From assembly GCA_040755925.1 (NCBI GenBank), contig JBFLWR010000430.1:1-60844 (forward strand): DNA of 60,844 nt, written 5' to 3'. The notes under the pieces were generated by a model. It did not search any database, had not been told where the DNA came from, and saw only the letters and a program-made list of their open reading frames with translations. The position numbers and the translations under genes were made by a program. Below are positions 47,964 to 57,494 of this stretch, one piece after another. This stretch comes from Pseudomonadota bacterium (GTDB taxonomy: Bacteria > Pseudomonadota > Alphaproteobacteria > Rhizobiales > Rhizobiaceae). Numbering within the stretch: the first letter of the stretch is position 1; each line of letters starts with the position of its first letter.

Positions 47964-48974
47964 CTACTTCTTGATCTCCAGGCCGACACCCTTGTTGATG
48001 AAAGCCAGCGTGTAGGCCTTCTTGATGTCGATGCCCGGCTGCGCGACCTTGGCCTTGACCATCTTGTCGTAGAAGCTCTGGATGCGCGCATCCGTCATGG
48101 CGCCGATGCCGAGCTTTTCCGAATCGCCGGAATCGACGATGCCGAATTTTTTCAGCTGCGCGATCGAGAAGGCGATCTGTTCATCCGTCATGTCCGGATT
48201 GTCCTTCTTGATCATGTCGTTGGCGGCCTTGTTGTCGCCGTAGAGGTATTTGTACCAGCCCTTGGCCGAGCCATCGACGAAGCACTGCACGACCTCCGGC
48301 CGCTTGTCGATCGTGTCCTGCATCACCTCGATCGTCGTCGCATAGGTATCCCAGCCATTGTCCGCGAGCAGGAACTGATTCGGCAGGAAGCCGCCCTGCT
48401 TCTGCACGGCGAAGGGCTCCGACGTCACATAACCTTGCTGGATCGACTTCTTGTTGGCGATGAAGGGCGCCGGATTGAAGGTGTAAGGCACGCGCTTTGC
48501 TGCGTCGAAGCCCAGATCGGTAATCATCCACTGGAAGAAGGTCTGCGCGCCTTCGTCGCCCATGATGTACTGGTCGGCGTTCTTCAGGTCCTCCCACTTG
48601 TCCAGCCCCTGCCCCGGGTGGGACATGATGACCTGCGGATCCTTCTGGAAGTCGGCCGCAACGACCCGCATCGGGATGCCCTGCTGCACCGCGTCGAAGG
48701 CCGAAAGCAGGTTGCCACCCATGTAAAAATCAATCTTGCCGGCCAGCAGCATCGGCCGGCCGCTGACCTGCGGGCCGCCCTGCATGATAGTGACGTCGAG
48801 GCCGCAGGCGGCATAGGTGCCGTCGGCAATGGCCTGGTAGTAGCCGCCATGTTCGGGCTCGGCCAGCCAGTTGGTGCCGAAGGTTACTTTCTCATTCGCC
48901 GCCGCGCCAAGCGTGCCCGCCGCGAGCAGGGCAAAGGCCCCCGCCACGATCTTTTCTCTTCCGTACATGAACAT
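47964..48974 (-). CDS. ABC transporter substrate-binding protein (NMT1/THI5-like)
   Basis: signal peptide; TNWLAEPEHGGYYQA, GGPQV, QGYVTSEP. Confidence 0.92.
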   Translation of the reverse strand: MFMYGREKIVAGAFALLAAGTLGAAANEKVTFGTNWLAEPEHGGYYQAIADGTYAACGLDVTIMQGGPQVSGRPMLLAGKIDFYMGGNLLSAFDAVQQGIPMRVVAADFQKDPQVIMSHPGQGLDKWEDLKNADQYIMGDEGAQTFFQWMITDLGFDAAKRVPYTFNPAPFIANKKSIQQGYVTSEPFAVQKQGGFLPNQFLLADNGWDTYATTIEVMQDTIDKRPEVVQCFVDGSAKGWYKYLYGDNKAANDMIKKDNPDMTDEQIAFSIAQLKKFGIVDSGDSEKLGIGAMTDARIQSFYDKMVKAKVAQPGIDIKKAYTLAFINKGVGLEIKK

Positions 48975-49030
48975 CACCCTCTCTTGGCACCGGCGCGTCA
49001 CGCGCTGGGCTCGACACCATTGGTTCAAGA

Positions 49031-49046
49031 AGCAAGACACATGCCA
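49031..49046 (-). promoter_or_regulatory. sigma54 (-24/-12) promoter of the ABC/deaminase operon
   Basis: minus strand reads TGGCAT-GTGTC-TTGCT, matching TGGCAY-N5-TTGCW, about 57 nt upstream of the SBP start. Confidence 0.8.
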
Positions 49047-49221
49047 CCGCCTGGGCCGCCTGCTTTGGCGACAGTCGACGCGAAGGCCGGACGGGTCATG
49101 CTGTACAGAAGGCATCGTGCCTATTTTTTGAACCCCTGTCCACAATCGCCCGGGCGGCATGCACCGCATCTTGAAGCTTCCGCCCGTGCGGCCTTAGGGT
49201 GCCCGCAGACAGGAGAATGCC

Positions 49222-49605
49222 ATGCTCAAATACCTCGCTCCCAGGTCGATCAAGCCGCCTTTCGCCCGCTACAGCCACGGTGTCGAGATACCGGCCGGCA
49301 AGCGCCTTGTGCTGTGCTCGGGCCAGCTCGGCATCGGCGTTGACGACGTTGTTCCCGAGGACGCCGGCGCGCAGACCGAGCTTTGCTTCAGGAACATCGC
49401 CGCAATCTTGAGCGAAGCCGGGCTGACCCTCAACGACGTCGTCCGCATCAATGCCTTCGTCACTGACCGCGCGCATCTTCAACCCTATATGGACGTGCGG
49501 AACCGGCTGTTTTCAGACCCGGCGCCAGCCTCGACGCTGATGATCGTTTCCGGCTTCGCCCGCCCTGAGTTCAAGGTCGAGGTGGAGGTTTTGGCGGCCG
49601 GCTAA
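49222..49605 (+). CDS. RidA (YjgF/YER057c/UK114) family protein
   Basis: RYSHG, SGQLG, PAST, EVEV; AGGAG RBS. Confidence 0.92.
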   Translation: MLKYLAPRSIKPPFARYSHGVEIPAGKRLVLCSGQLGIGVDDVVPEDAGAQTELCFRNIAAILSEAGLTLNDVVRINAFVTDRAHLQPYMDVRNRLFSDPAPASTLMIVSGFARPEFKVEVEVLAAG

Positions 49606-49667
49606 CGGTTGCCCACAACCTCTAGGCACACTAGACCGCCAGCAGCAGGCAGCAGAACAATCGGGAG

Positions 49668-50471
49668 ATGAACGTGACGACAAGACGAGTGTGGTGGGGC
49701 GACTACCGGACGACTGAATACGCCTCGATCGACGCCGAAGCGACCATCGCCGTGCTGCCAGTCGCGGCGATCGAGCAGCATGGCCCGCATCTGCCGGTCT
49801 CGACCGACACTTCGATCATGATGGGCATGCTGGAGACGGTCATCACGCGCCTGCCCGACGATCTCGACATCCGCATCCTGCCGATTCAGGCGGTCGGCAA
49901 ATCGAACGAGCACCTGCATGCGCCGGGCACGCTGACCCTGCCTGCCACCACCCTTGTCGACGCCTGGACCGAGCTTGGCCTGTCGGTCGCCCGCGCCAGG
50001 ATCCGGAAGCTGATCGTCGTCAATTCGCATGGCGGCAATGAAGAGATAATGGGCATTGTCACGCGCGAATTGCGTGTACGCGCCAAGATGCTGGCGGTGA
50101 AGACAAGCTGGCAGCGCTTCGGCCGCCCGGCCGGCATGTACACAGAGCTAGAGGACCGTCACGGCATCCATGGCGGCGATGTCGAGACATCGCTGATGCT
50201 GCATTTCCGCCCCGATCTCGTCGACATGGCCAAGGCCGATAATTTCGTCTCGAATGTCGCCGGCGCCGAAAAGGAATTCGGGCTGCTGCGCCAGACGGGA
50301 ACCCATGCGTTCGCCTGGATCGCCAGCGACCTCAACCCGAACGGCGTGGTCGGTGACGCCAGCATCGCCACCGCGGAGAAAGGCCGGCTGACCGCCGAGC
50401 ATCAAGCCGACGGCTTCATCAGTCTAGTCAGGGACGTGCGTCAGGCGAAGCTCGCTGAGTGGTTGCTCTAG
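49668..50471 (+). CDS. creatininase family amidohydrolase
   Basis: EQHGPHLP..D, SNEH...PGTL, NSHGGN, HGGDVETS. Confidence 0.93.
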   Translation: MNVTTRRVWWGDYRTTEYASIDAEATIAVLPVAAIEQHGPHLPVSTDTSIMMGMLETVITRLPDDLDIRILPIQAVGKSNEHLHAPGTLTLPATTLVDAWTELGLSVARARIRKLIVVNSHGGNEEIMGIVTRELRVRAKMLAVKTSWQRFGRPAGMYTELEDRHGIHGGDVETSLMLHFRPDLVDMAKADNFVSNVAGAEKEFGLLRQTGTHAFAWIASDLNPNGVVGDASIATAEKGRLTAEHQADGFISLVRDVRQAKLAEWLL

Positions 50472-50487
50472 CGGCAGCACTCCTTGC

Positions 50488-50997
50488 CTATCCTTCGATG
50501 GACAGCTCGAAAGGCGTCCCTTCGAACGCATCCGCGCCTCGACCGATCGCCTCGATCGCGGCGATCATGCGGCCGTCGCGCCCCAGCAGCGTGTCCGCGA
50601 CGGCGATCAGCTTTGGATTGGGCGTCGCCGTCGGCGAGAGGAAGCGAAGCGTCTTGGCAAGCTCCCCTTCGTCTCGTTTGGGCGCCAGCGCCGCGGCGAT
50701 GATGTAGGCCGACGCTGTCGACCGGCTGACGCCGGCGTAGCAATGCACAACCATCGGCCTTGTCCTGTCCCAGCGATAGGCGAAATCGAGCAAGGCGCGG
50801 ACATGCTCCTCACCCGGCATGGTCATGCCATCCTGCGCGACGGCAATGTCATGCATGACAAGGTGCAGATGGTTCTCCGCCATTATCGAGGCCGGGCGCG
50901 CCACCTCGGTGCCCGCCGCGAGCAGCGACAACAGCCGTTCGGCGCCGGTCCTCGCCACGGTCTCCTCGACTTTCGATAACGAACAGACGTGGATCAT
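50488..50997 (-). CDS. cysteine-dependent (CX5R) tyrosine/dual-specificity phosphatase family protein
   Basis: HCYAGVSRSTA active-site loop; PN motif; ATGA overlap with the upstream gene. Confidence 0.85.
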   Translation of the reverse strand: MIHVCSLSKVEETVARTGAERLLSLLAAGTEVARPASIMAENHLHLVMHDIAVAQDGMTMPGEEHVRALLDFAYRWDRTRPMVVHCYAGVSRSTASAYIIAAALAPKRDEGELAKTLRFLSPTATPNPKLIAVADTLLGRDGRMIAAIEAIGRGADAFEGTPFELSIEG

Positions 50998-52049
50998 GAT
51001 GCGATCTCCTTCGGCTTCTCTTCATGCCGCGATGCCCATGCCGCAAGCGCGCCCTCGAGTCGCCGCCATTCTTCCGCGCTGCCCGGCAACCCGGCCCGCA
51101 GCACCTGCGACCGCCCGGCAAAATGACGGACCAGGACGCCGCGCTCGCCAAGCGCTGAAAACAGGCTTTGAGCTTCCGTGAAGGACAAATAGCGGAACAG
51201 AGGAGTGCCGCCTGCCACCGGAATACCGAATCGACCGAACAGAGCATCGAGCCGCTCCGCTTCGGTGGCAAGTCGCGCCCGCATGGCGGCCTGCCATTTC
51301 GTGTCGGCGAGCGCGCGGATGCCATATTCAAGCGCCGGACCGGCGACAGCCCAAGGCCCGAGTTGCGCCTCCAGCCGCTCGACCGTCAGTGCATCCGCGA
51401 GCGCGAAGCCGAGCCTGACGCCGGCGAGGCCGAAGAACTTGCCGAAGGAGCGCAACACCACGATGCCACCCTGGCCGACATCGCCTGCCAGGCTGTGTTC
51501 GGTCGGCCCGACATCCATGAACGCTTCATCGACCACCAGCAGGCCGCCCTTGGCGCGAAGCTCTGCGGCAAGGCCAAGCAGGCGGCTTCGTTCGATCACA
51601 CGCCCGTCCGGATTGTTCGGGTTGACGAGCACGGCGAGATCGGCCTCCGCCAGTGCATCGAAGTCGCTCACCTCCGCGACCGCATGGCCGGCAATGGCGG
51701 CGGCCCGGGCATGCTCCGCATAGGTTGGACCAAGCACAAGCGCCCTGCCCGGCTTCACCAGCGAAGCGACGCGCGGCAGGAGAATCTGTGTGCCGGGCGC
51801 GGCCGCGACATGCGTGGCCGACGGCGCGCCATAGGCAGTGGCCGCAATTTCGGTCAATTCGCATAGGCGGCCGGCTTCCGGCAAACGTGACAGGACAGTG
51901 GCGGGCAGGTCGAAAAGCGGATAGGAGTGCGGATTGATACCTGTCGAGAGATCGACAAAAGGTCGTGGCGCGAGAGGGAAGAGCGCGTTTGCCCGGCCAA
52001 GGGATCCGCCGTGGTCCACCGCAGCAATCGCTCCGTCAAGAAGCTTCAT
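50994..52049 (-). CDS. cobD: threonine-phosphate decarboxylase (CobD in Salmonella naming; CobC in P. denitrificans naming)
   Basis: DHGG, DLSTGINP, NPNNPDG, DEAFMD, RSFGKFFGLAGVRLG; start at ATG 52049 or GTG 52019. Confidence 0.9.
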   Translation of the reverse strand: MKLLDGAIAAVDHGGSLGRANALFPLAPRPFVDLSTGINPHSYPLFDLPATVLSRLPEAGRLCELTEIAATAYGAPSATHVAAAPGTQILLPRVASLVKPGRALVLGPTYAEHARAAAIAGHAVAEVSDFDALAEADLAVLVNPNNPDGRVIERSRLLGLAAELRAKGGLLVVDEAFMDVGPTEHSLAGDVGQGGIVVLRSFGKFFGLAGVRLGFALADALTVERLEAQLGPWAVAGPALEYGIRALADTKWQAAMRARLATEAERLDALFGRFGIPVAGGTPLFRYLSFTEAQSLFSALGERGVLVRHFAGRSQVLRAGLPGSAEEWRRLEGALAAWASRHEEKPKEIAS

Positions 52050-53034
52050 GTCGATTCTGATCGCTTTCCTGTCGCTCATCGTTGAACGTGTCCTTGGCTA
52101 TCCGGACTGGCTGTTCCGCGCTATCGGCCATCCGGTCACCTGGATCGGCAGCCTGATATCCTTTCTCGATCGCCGGCTCAACCACGCCACAGATTCCGAC
52201 GAATTGCGTCGCCGTCGCGGCGTCCGGGCGCTGCTGGTCATCGTGCTGGTGCCGGGCCTCATCGGCCTGGCGGCGCAAGTCCTGCTCTGGCTGATCTTCC
52301 CTTCCGGTCTGGTCATCGCGGCGATCCTCGGTTCCTCGCTTCTGTCGCAGAGGAGCCTTGCCGAACATGTCGAGGATGTCGCCGATGCCCTGGAAACCGG
52401 CGGCCTGACGCTCGGCCGCATCGCGGTCTCGCGCATCGTCGGCCGCGATCCGGAAAAACTCGACAAGGCGGGCGTCGCCCGAGCCGCCATCGAAAGCCTC
52501 GCCGAGAATTTTTCGGACGGCATCGTCGCGCCGGCCTTCTGGACCGGCATCGGCGGCCTTGCCGGCGGCGCGGCCTACAAGGCCGTCAACACCGCCGATT
52601 CGATGATCGGTCACCGCACGCCGAAATACGAGGCCTTCGGCCGGGCCGCCGCCCGCTTCGATGACCTGATCAACCTGCCCGCCTCGCGCCTGACCGGGCT
52701 GCTGATCGTGCTGGCCGCGCTCATCGTCAAGGGCGCCGACCCTCGCGGCGCCTGGCAAGCGATGCGGCGCGATGCGAGAAAACACCGCTCACCCAATGCC
52801 GGCTGGCCTGAAGCCGCCATGGCGGGCGCGCTCGGCCTGGCGCTGGCCGGCCCGCGTGTCTATGGCGGCGTTACCGTCGAGGATGCCTTCATGGGCGAAG
52901 GCGGCCGGCGCGAGGCCGAGAGCACCGACATAAGGCAGGCGCTGAAGCTCTACCGCGTCGCCGACTGGCTGTTGATCGGCCTGTTCGCGCTCCTGTCGGG
53001 GCTCGCCATCTACCTGACCAGCCTGGTTGGCTAG
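52048..53034 (+). CDS. cbiB: adenosylcobinamide-phosphate synthase (CbiB; CobD in P. denitrificans naming)
   Basis: HPVTWIG, VGRD, ESLAENFSDG, NTADSMIGH, SPNAGWPEAA. Confidence 0.94.
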   Translation: MSILIAFLSLIVERVLGYPDWLFRAIGHPVTWIGSLISFLDRRLNHATDSDELRRRRGVRALLVIVLVPGLIGLAAQVLLWLIFPSGLVIAAILGSSLLSQRSLAEHVEDVADALETGGLTLGRIAVSRIVGRDPEKLDKAGVARAAIESLAENFSDGIVAPAFWTGIGGLAGGAAYKAVNTADSMIGHRTPKYEAFGRAAARFDDLINLPASRLTGLLIVLAALIVKGADPRGAWQAMRRDARKHRSPNAGWPEAAMAGALGLALAGPRVYGGVTVEDAFMGEGGRREAESTDIRQALKLYRVADWLLIGLFALLSGLAIYLTSLVG

Positions 53035-53660
53035 AATTCGATCCCCTGCTGCGCCTTAACGCCTGCCGAGAAGTGGTGCTTGGTCAGACCCATCTCCGTG
53101 ACGAGATCGGCTGCCTCGACCAGCAGCGGCTTGGCGTTGCGCCCGGTGACGATGACATGCAGGTCGTCGCGGCGCGCCTTGAGCGCTGCAACCACCTTCT
53201 CCAGATCGAGATAGTCGTAGCGCAGAGCGATGTTGAGTTCGTCGAGCACCACGAGGCTGATCGACGGATCGGCTATCAGATCGAGCGCCTTGTCCCAGGC
53301 CGCCTCGGCGGCCGCGATGTCGCGCTTCAGATCCTGCGTCTCCCAGGTGAAGCCCTCGCCCATCGCATGCCAGACGACGCGGTCGCCGAAAGCGGCGAAG
53401 GCATCTTTCTCACCGGTATGCCACCTGCCCTTGATGAACTGGACGACGCCGACGCGCTTGCCGTAGCCCAGCATCCTGAGCGCCAGACCGAAGGCGGCCG
53501 TCGTCTTGCCCTTGCCCGGGCCGGTGTTGACGATCAGCAGCCCTTTCTCGATCGTCTTGCCGGCCACCTCGGCGTCCTGCACTGCCTTGCGCTTCGCCAT
53601 CTTGGCGCGATGGCGCTCGGCATCCTTGTCTTCGATGATCTTGTCGTCGATCCCCGTCAT
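53031..53660 (-). CDS. cobO: cob(I)yrinic acid a,c-diamide adenosyltransferase
   Basis: TGPGKGKTTAAFG, QFIKG, LDELN, TGRNA, GIEF. Confidence 0.95.
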   Translation of the reverse strand: MTGIDDKIIEDKDAERHRAKMAKRKAVQDAEVAGKTIEKGLLIVNTGPGKGKTTAAFGLALRMLGYGKRVGVVQFIKGRWHTGEKDAFAAFGDRVVWHAMGEGFTWETQDLKRDIAAAEAAWDKALDLIADPSISLVVLDELNIALRYDYLDLEKVVAALKARRDDLHVIVTGRNAKPLLVEAADLVTEMGLTKHHFSAGVKAQQGIEF

Positions 53661-53661
53661 G

Positions 53662-54207
53662 TCACTTCACCTTGAGCGGCAGCCCCGCCACCATCATGAG
53701 AACGCTGTCGGCAATAGCCGCGACCTGCTGGTTGAGCCGTCCGGCGGCATCGCGGAACCGGCGCGCCAGCGCATTGTCCGGCACTATGCCCAGGCCCACT
53801 TCGTTCGATACCACGAACCACGGTCCGCGCGGGCGCGAGAGCAGGTCCGCGAGCCGGCGGCATTCGGCTTCGACATCATGGTCGGCCAGCATGTGATTGG
53901 TGAGCCACAGCGTCAGGCAATCGATCAGGACGGGCTCATGGTTCGGCAAGGCCGCGATCGCGCCAGCCAGGTCGAGCGGCGCATCGACGGTGACCCAGCC
54001 TTCGCCTCGCCGCGATCGGTGCAACGCGATGCGCTCGCGCATCTCGTCGTCATAGGCCTGCGCTGTGGCGATGTAAGTCCAGGGCGACGGATTTGCCGTC
54101 GCAAGCATCTCGGCATGTGAGCTCTTGCCCGAGCGCGCGCCGCCCAGGATGAAGGTCAGTTTCCGATTGGAACCCGCGGTGTCTTTCGTGGCGGTCGCGC
54201 CGGTCAT
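53662..54207 (-). CDS. cobU: bifunctional adenosylcobinamide kinase/adenosylcobinamide-phosphate guanylyltransferase (CobU/CobP)
   Basis: GGARSGKS, DEMRERI..H, IDCLTLWLTN, SNEVGLGIVP. Confidence 0.95.
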   Translation of the reverse strand: MTGATATKDTAGSNRKLTFILGGARSGKSSHAEMLATANPSPWTYIATAQAYDDEMRERIALHRSRRGEGWVTVDAPLDLAGAIAALPNHEPVLIDCLTLWLTNHMLADHDVEAECRRLADLLSRPRGPWFVVSNEVGLGIVPDNALARRFRDAAGRLNQQVAAIADSVLMMVAGLPLKVK

Positions 54208-54334
54208 TCCTGTCCTTTCGCTCCGCGTTGGAGGTGTAAGCGCCCCCATGGCCGCATGAAGACCAAATCGGGCGCGACTTTAGGCAGAACCGCCACTACC
54301 GGCAAACCAAAACCCGCCAATGCGTCGCGCTGCT

Positions 54335-55021
54335 TCAGGAAGCCGCGATCCGGGCGGCGACGAGCTCCTGCAAACGCCATAGATGCGTATCGTGGATTCC
54401 CCGCGCCTCGAGGTTCTTGACCGTGTTGTAGAGGTAGTCGGCGCCCGAACCCCAATGGCCGCACGACGTCGCCAGCCTTTCGACGACCTCGCCTTCGCTG
54501 AGTGGACCGGTATAGGTCGTGCCCTTGCGGTTGATCACGAAGGCAAGCGCCTTCAACGCCCCCTCGCCGCTCGCCAGGTTGAGCAGGCGCGGATGATAGC
54601 TTGTCGGCTTCAGCGTGACCTCTCGCCTCAGCAGCCTGTCCAGTTTCTGGCGCCGATCTCCGTCGGTCAGCCGAAAGGCGACGCCCTTGCACTGTCCACC
54701 GCGGTCCATCGCCATCATAAGTCCAGGACTTTCCCTGGTGCCGCGCCAGCGCGTCATATTCATGCAGAATGAGCGATGCCAGCCGCGGGCCACCGCCACC
54801 CGTTCCTCGACATGCTCGATTTCCGGTTTCCAGATCAGCGAACCATAGCCAAAGAGCCACAGTGGCTCGCCCGCAGGCAGTTGCGCCTCGAAGAGGTCGA
54901 GCATCTCCTCATAGTCGCGGTCATCCAGATGCGCCGCTTGCGGATCTGGCCCCGCATCCTCGACGGTGCGAAAACAGCGGGCCACCAGTTCTTCCGTGAG
55001 CGACATCGTTCTTGCGAGCAT
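54335..55021 (-). CDS. ChaC-like gamma-glutamylcyclotransferase
   Basis: WLFGYGSLIW, RGTRESPG, LLRRE, G..GSGADYL. Confidence 0.9.
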   Translation of the reverse strand: MLARTMSLTEELVARCFRTVEDAGPDPQAAHLDDRDYEEMLDLFEAQLPAGEPLWLFGYGSLIWKPEIEHVEERVAVARGWHRSFCMNMTRWRGTRESPGLMMAMDRGGQCKGVAFRLTDGDRRQKLDRLLRREVTLKPTSYHPRLLNLASGEGALKALAFVINRKGTTYTGPLSEGEVVERLATSCGHWGSGADYLYNTVKNLEARGIHDTHLWRLQELVAARIAAS

Positions 55022-55124
55022 GGCCCGACCTTAAGGTCCCCACGCGAGCGTCACAATCGGCTAAAGCCGGCAATTGACAAGCGCTTTACCCCGGTGTCGG
55101 CTGTCGCCAGCCAGGGAGCAGCCG

Positions 55125-56303
55125 ATGCAGCCAAATCCGAGCGAACGCGATCTCTACAACGGCCTGACCAGCCTCAAGCCGACCTTGCCGTCGGCGGCCT
55201 ATTGCGACGCCGACGCCTACCGGCGCGACCTTGAAGCGATCTGGTACCGAAGCTGGCTGATGGTCTGCCGCGAGGCCGATCTCACGGAGCCCCTCGCCTT
55301 TCGAACGGTACGCATCGGCGCCCAGGAGATCGTCGTGCTGCGCGACGAGACAGGGACTTTGCGCGCTTTCCACAACACCTGCCGGCATCGCGGCTCGCAG
55401 CTCTGCCAGGAGAGCGCCGGACGGCTGAAAGCCAGGCTGCTCACTTGCCCCTATCACGCCTGGTCCTATTCGCTGCGCGGCGACCTTGTGCGCGTGCCGT
55501 CGAAATCGCTGCCCGAAGGCTTCGACAAGGCCGACTATCCGCTCTACCGCGTGGCGCTCTCGGTCTGGCGCGGCTTCGTCTTCATCAATCTCTCCGAAGA
55601 CGCCGTCGGGTCGGCGGAAGCCTCCTTCGATACCGCCTCCGGCGATCTCTCCAACTGGCCGCTTGAAACGCTGGTCACCGGGCACCGGCTCAGCAAGGTG
55701 ATGAACTGCAACTGGAAGATCTTCTGGGAAAACTTCAACGAGTGCCTGCACTGCCCGGGCGTGCACAAGGATTTGTCCCGGCTGGTGCCGATCTATGGCC
55801 GCGGCCTCATGGCAAGGCATGACGATCCCGATTGGGCGCGCCATGCCGACAACGACGCACCGGAGTTCTCGGGCCAGCTGCGCGACGGCGCCGAGACCTG
55901 GTCGCGCGACGGGCAGGTCCACGGCCCGGTCTTTCCCGGCCTGACGCCCGCCGAGCGCGCCGCCGGCCAGACCTATGCCACGTCGCTGCCCTCGATGTTC
56001 ATCGTCGGCCATGCCGACTATGTGCGCATCGTGCGGCTGACGCCGCTCGGGCCTGAGCAGACCGAGCTTACCGCCGAATGGCTGTTCGCGCCGGATGCAC
56101 TGGCCGAGACCGATATCGACAACATCGTCACCTTCGGCACGCAAGTGCTGGAAGAGGACGCAGCCATCTGCGAGGTCAACCAGAGAGGGCTGCGTTCGAT
56201 GCGCCACGAAGCCGGCGTGCTGATGCCCGAGGAATACGACCTGCATCGCTTCCACAACTGGGTCCGCGAGCGCCACGCCGGATTTGAAGCCAGGTCAAAA
56301 TGA
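55125..56303 (+). CDS. Rieske non-heme iron oxygenase alpha subunit (betaine/choline N-demethylase-like)
   Basis: CRHRG...CPYHAW Rieske motif; NWKIFWENFNECLHCPGVH mononuclear Fe motif; GGAG RBS. Confidence 0.9.
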   Translation: MQPNPSERDLYNGLTSLKPTLPSAAYCDADAYRRDLEAIWYRSWLMVCREADLTEPLAFRTVRIGAQEIVVLRDETGTLRAFHNTCRHRGSQLCQESAGRLKARLLTCPYHAWSYSLRGDLVRVPSKSLPEGFDKADYPLYRVALSVWRGFVFINLSEDAVGSAEASFDTASGDLSNWPLETLVTGHRLSKVMNCNWKIFWENFNECLHCPGVHKDLSRLVPIYGRGLMARHDDPDWARHADNDAPEFSGQLRDGAETWSRDGQVHGPVFPGLTPAERAAGQTYATSLPSMFIVGHADYVRIVRLTPLGPEQTELTAEWLFAPDALAETDIDNIVTFGTQVLEEDAAICEVNQRGLRSMRHEAGVLMPEEYDLHRFHNWVRERHAGFEARSK

Positions 56304-57494
56304 CTTCGGCAGATAACGCCAGGTGAAGAAGCCGCAGAACGTGGCCAGCAGGCCGAGCGTGAAGAACACCGAGCCGAGACCGAAGAAGGTCAGCACCACC
56401 GAATAAACCAGCGGCGGGGTCAGCTCGGAGAAATCGAGATAGGTGCGGTAGACCGCCGCCATCTGCGCCTTTTCATAGGAGCGGACCGAGCGCATGAAGG
56501 CGGTCGAGCCCAGCGCATCGATCGCAATGGTGAACAAGGCGCCGCAAAGCAGGAAGGCGCCAGTAAGCAGCGGCGCGGCCTCGCCGACGCCGCCCGCCGC
56601 AAACAGCATCGCCGCCATGGCGAAATAGGCGAACGTCATGACCCGCCGGCCACCGAAGCGCTTGCCTGCCTTGCCCCAGAAAATCGCCATGAAGAGCAGT
56701 GCGTTGCCCGCCGACACCAGCAACCCGCCGGCAAGCTTGCCCTCGCCGGTGATGACCATGAACAGCGGGCCGTACACGAAGAAGGTCGTCCAGAAACAGG
56801 AGCGGCCGAAGGCGATGAGCCAGGCGAGCCGCAGCCTCGGCTGCGCGATGAATCGGCCGATATTCGCAAGCGGGTTGGCCGGCCGTGTCTTGCCCGGCCT
56901 GATCAAGGGGTTATCGCCGAGCCGGTAGGTCCAGAACAATGTAAGCAGCGCCAGCGCGAAGACCACCACCGCGCCATGCGCGGCATAGATGCCAAAGGTC
57001 GTGTAGAGGAAGATGCCGAGCGTCGGCCCGCCGGTCCAGGCGAACATCGACCACGCCATGCGCAGCGATTCGGCCTGCATGAAATCGGTCTTGCGGATGT
57101 GGTCCATGATGTAGAGGTTGAGCGTGATCGACAGCGCGCTCGCTCCCATGACGCGGCAGAGCATGCCGGCCAATTGCCCCCAGAGCGTGTGGGTAACGAA
57201 GAAGGCCGAGCCGATCGCCAGCATCAGGCAGCCGGCGGTGTAGACCCAGCGTCGCGCGAAGCGGCGGATCAGCATCGGCATGAACAAGGTGACCGAGAGC
57301 CCCAGCAACGACACGATTGTGTAAAGGATCGAAACGATCCGCTCGTTGTGCAGGATCTCGTAGGCCTGGATCGGGATGACGCTGGAGATGGTGGCGCGAG
57401 CGAAGGATTCCACCGCATAGAGCGAGGCGAATGTGCGCGCATCGGCAGGCCTCAGGGCCGGTAGCCATATCGGGTGGCGCACGTGGGTGGACAT
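56295..57494 (-). CDS. MFS transporter
   Basis: about 12 TM helices; AGKRFGGRR motif-A repeat; 3' end overlaps the convergent Rieske gene by 9 nt. Confidence 0.85.
   Translation of the reverse strand: MSTHVRHPIWLPALRPADARTFASLYAVESFARATISSVIPIQAYEILHNERIVSILYTIVSLLGLSVTLFMPMLIRRFARRWVYTAGCLMLAIGSAFFVTHTLWGQLAGMLCRVMGASALSITLNLYIMDHIRKTDFMQAESLRMAWSMFAWTGGPTLGIFLYTTFGIYAAHGAVVVFALALLTLFWTYRLGDNPLIRPGKTRPANPLANIGRFIAQPRLRLAWLIAFGRSCFWTTFFVYGPLFMVITGEGKLAGGLLVSAGNALLFMAIFWGKAGKRFGGRRVMTFAYFAMAAMLFAAGGVGEAAPLLTGAFLLCGALFTIAIDALGSTAFMRSVRSYEKAQMAAVYRTYLDFSELTPPLVYSVVLTFFGLGSVFFTLGLLATFCGFFTWRYLPKSF

Noticed and set aside
54208-54334. Cobalamin riboswitch upstream of cobU
   Set aside because: The gap is only about 127 nt and lacks recognisable B12-box or GGGAA...GCCACTG elements
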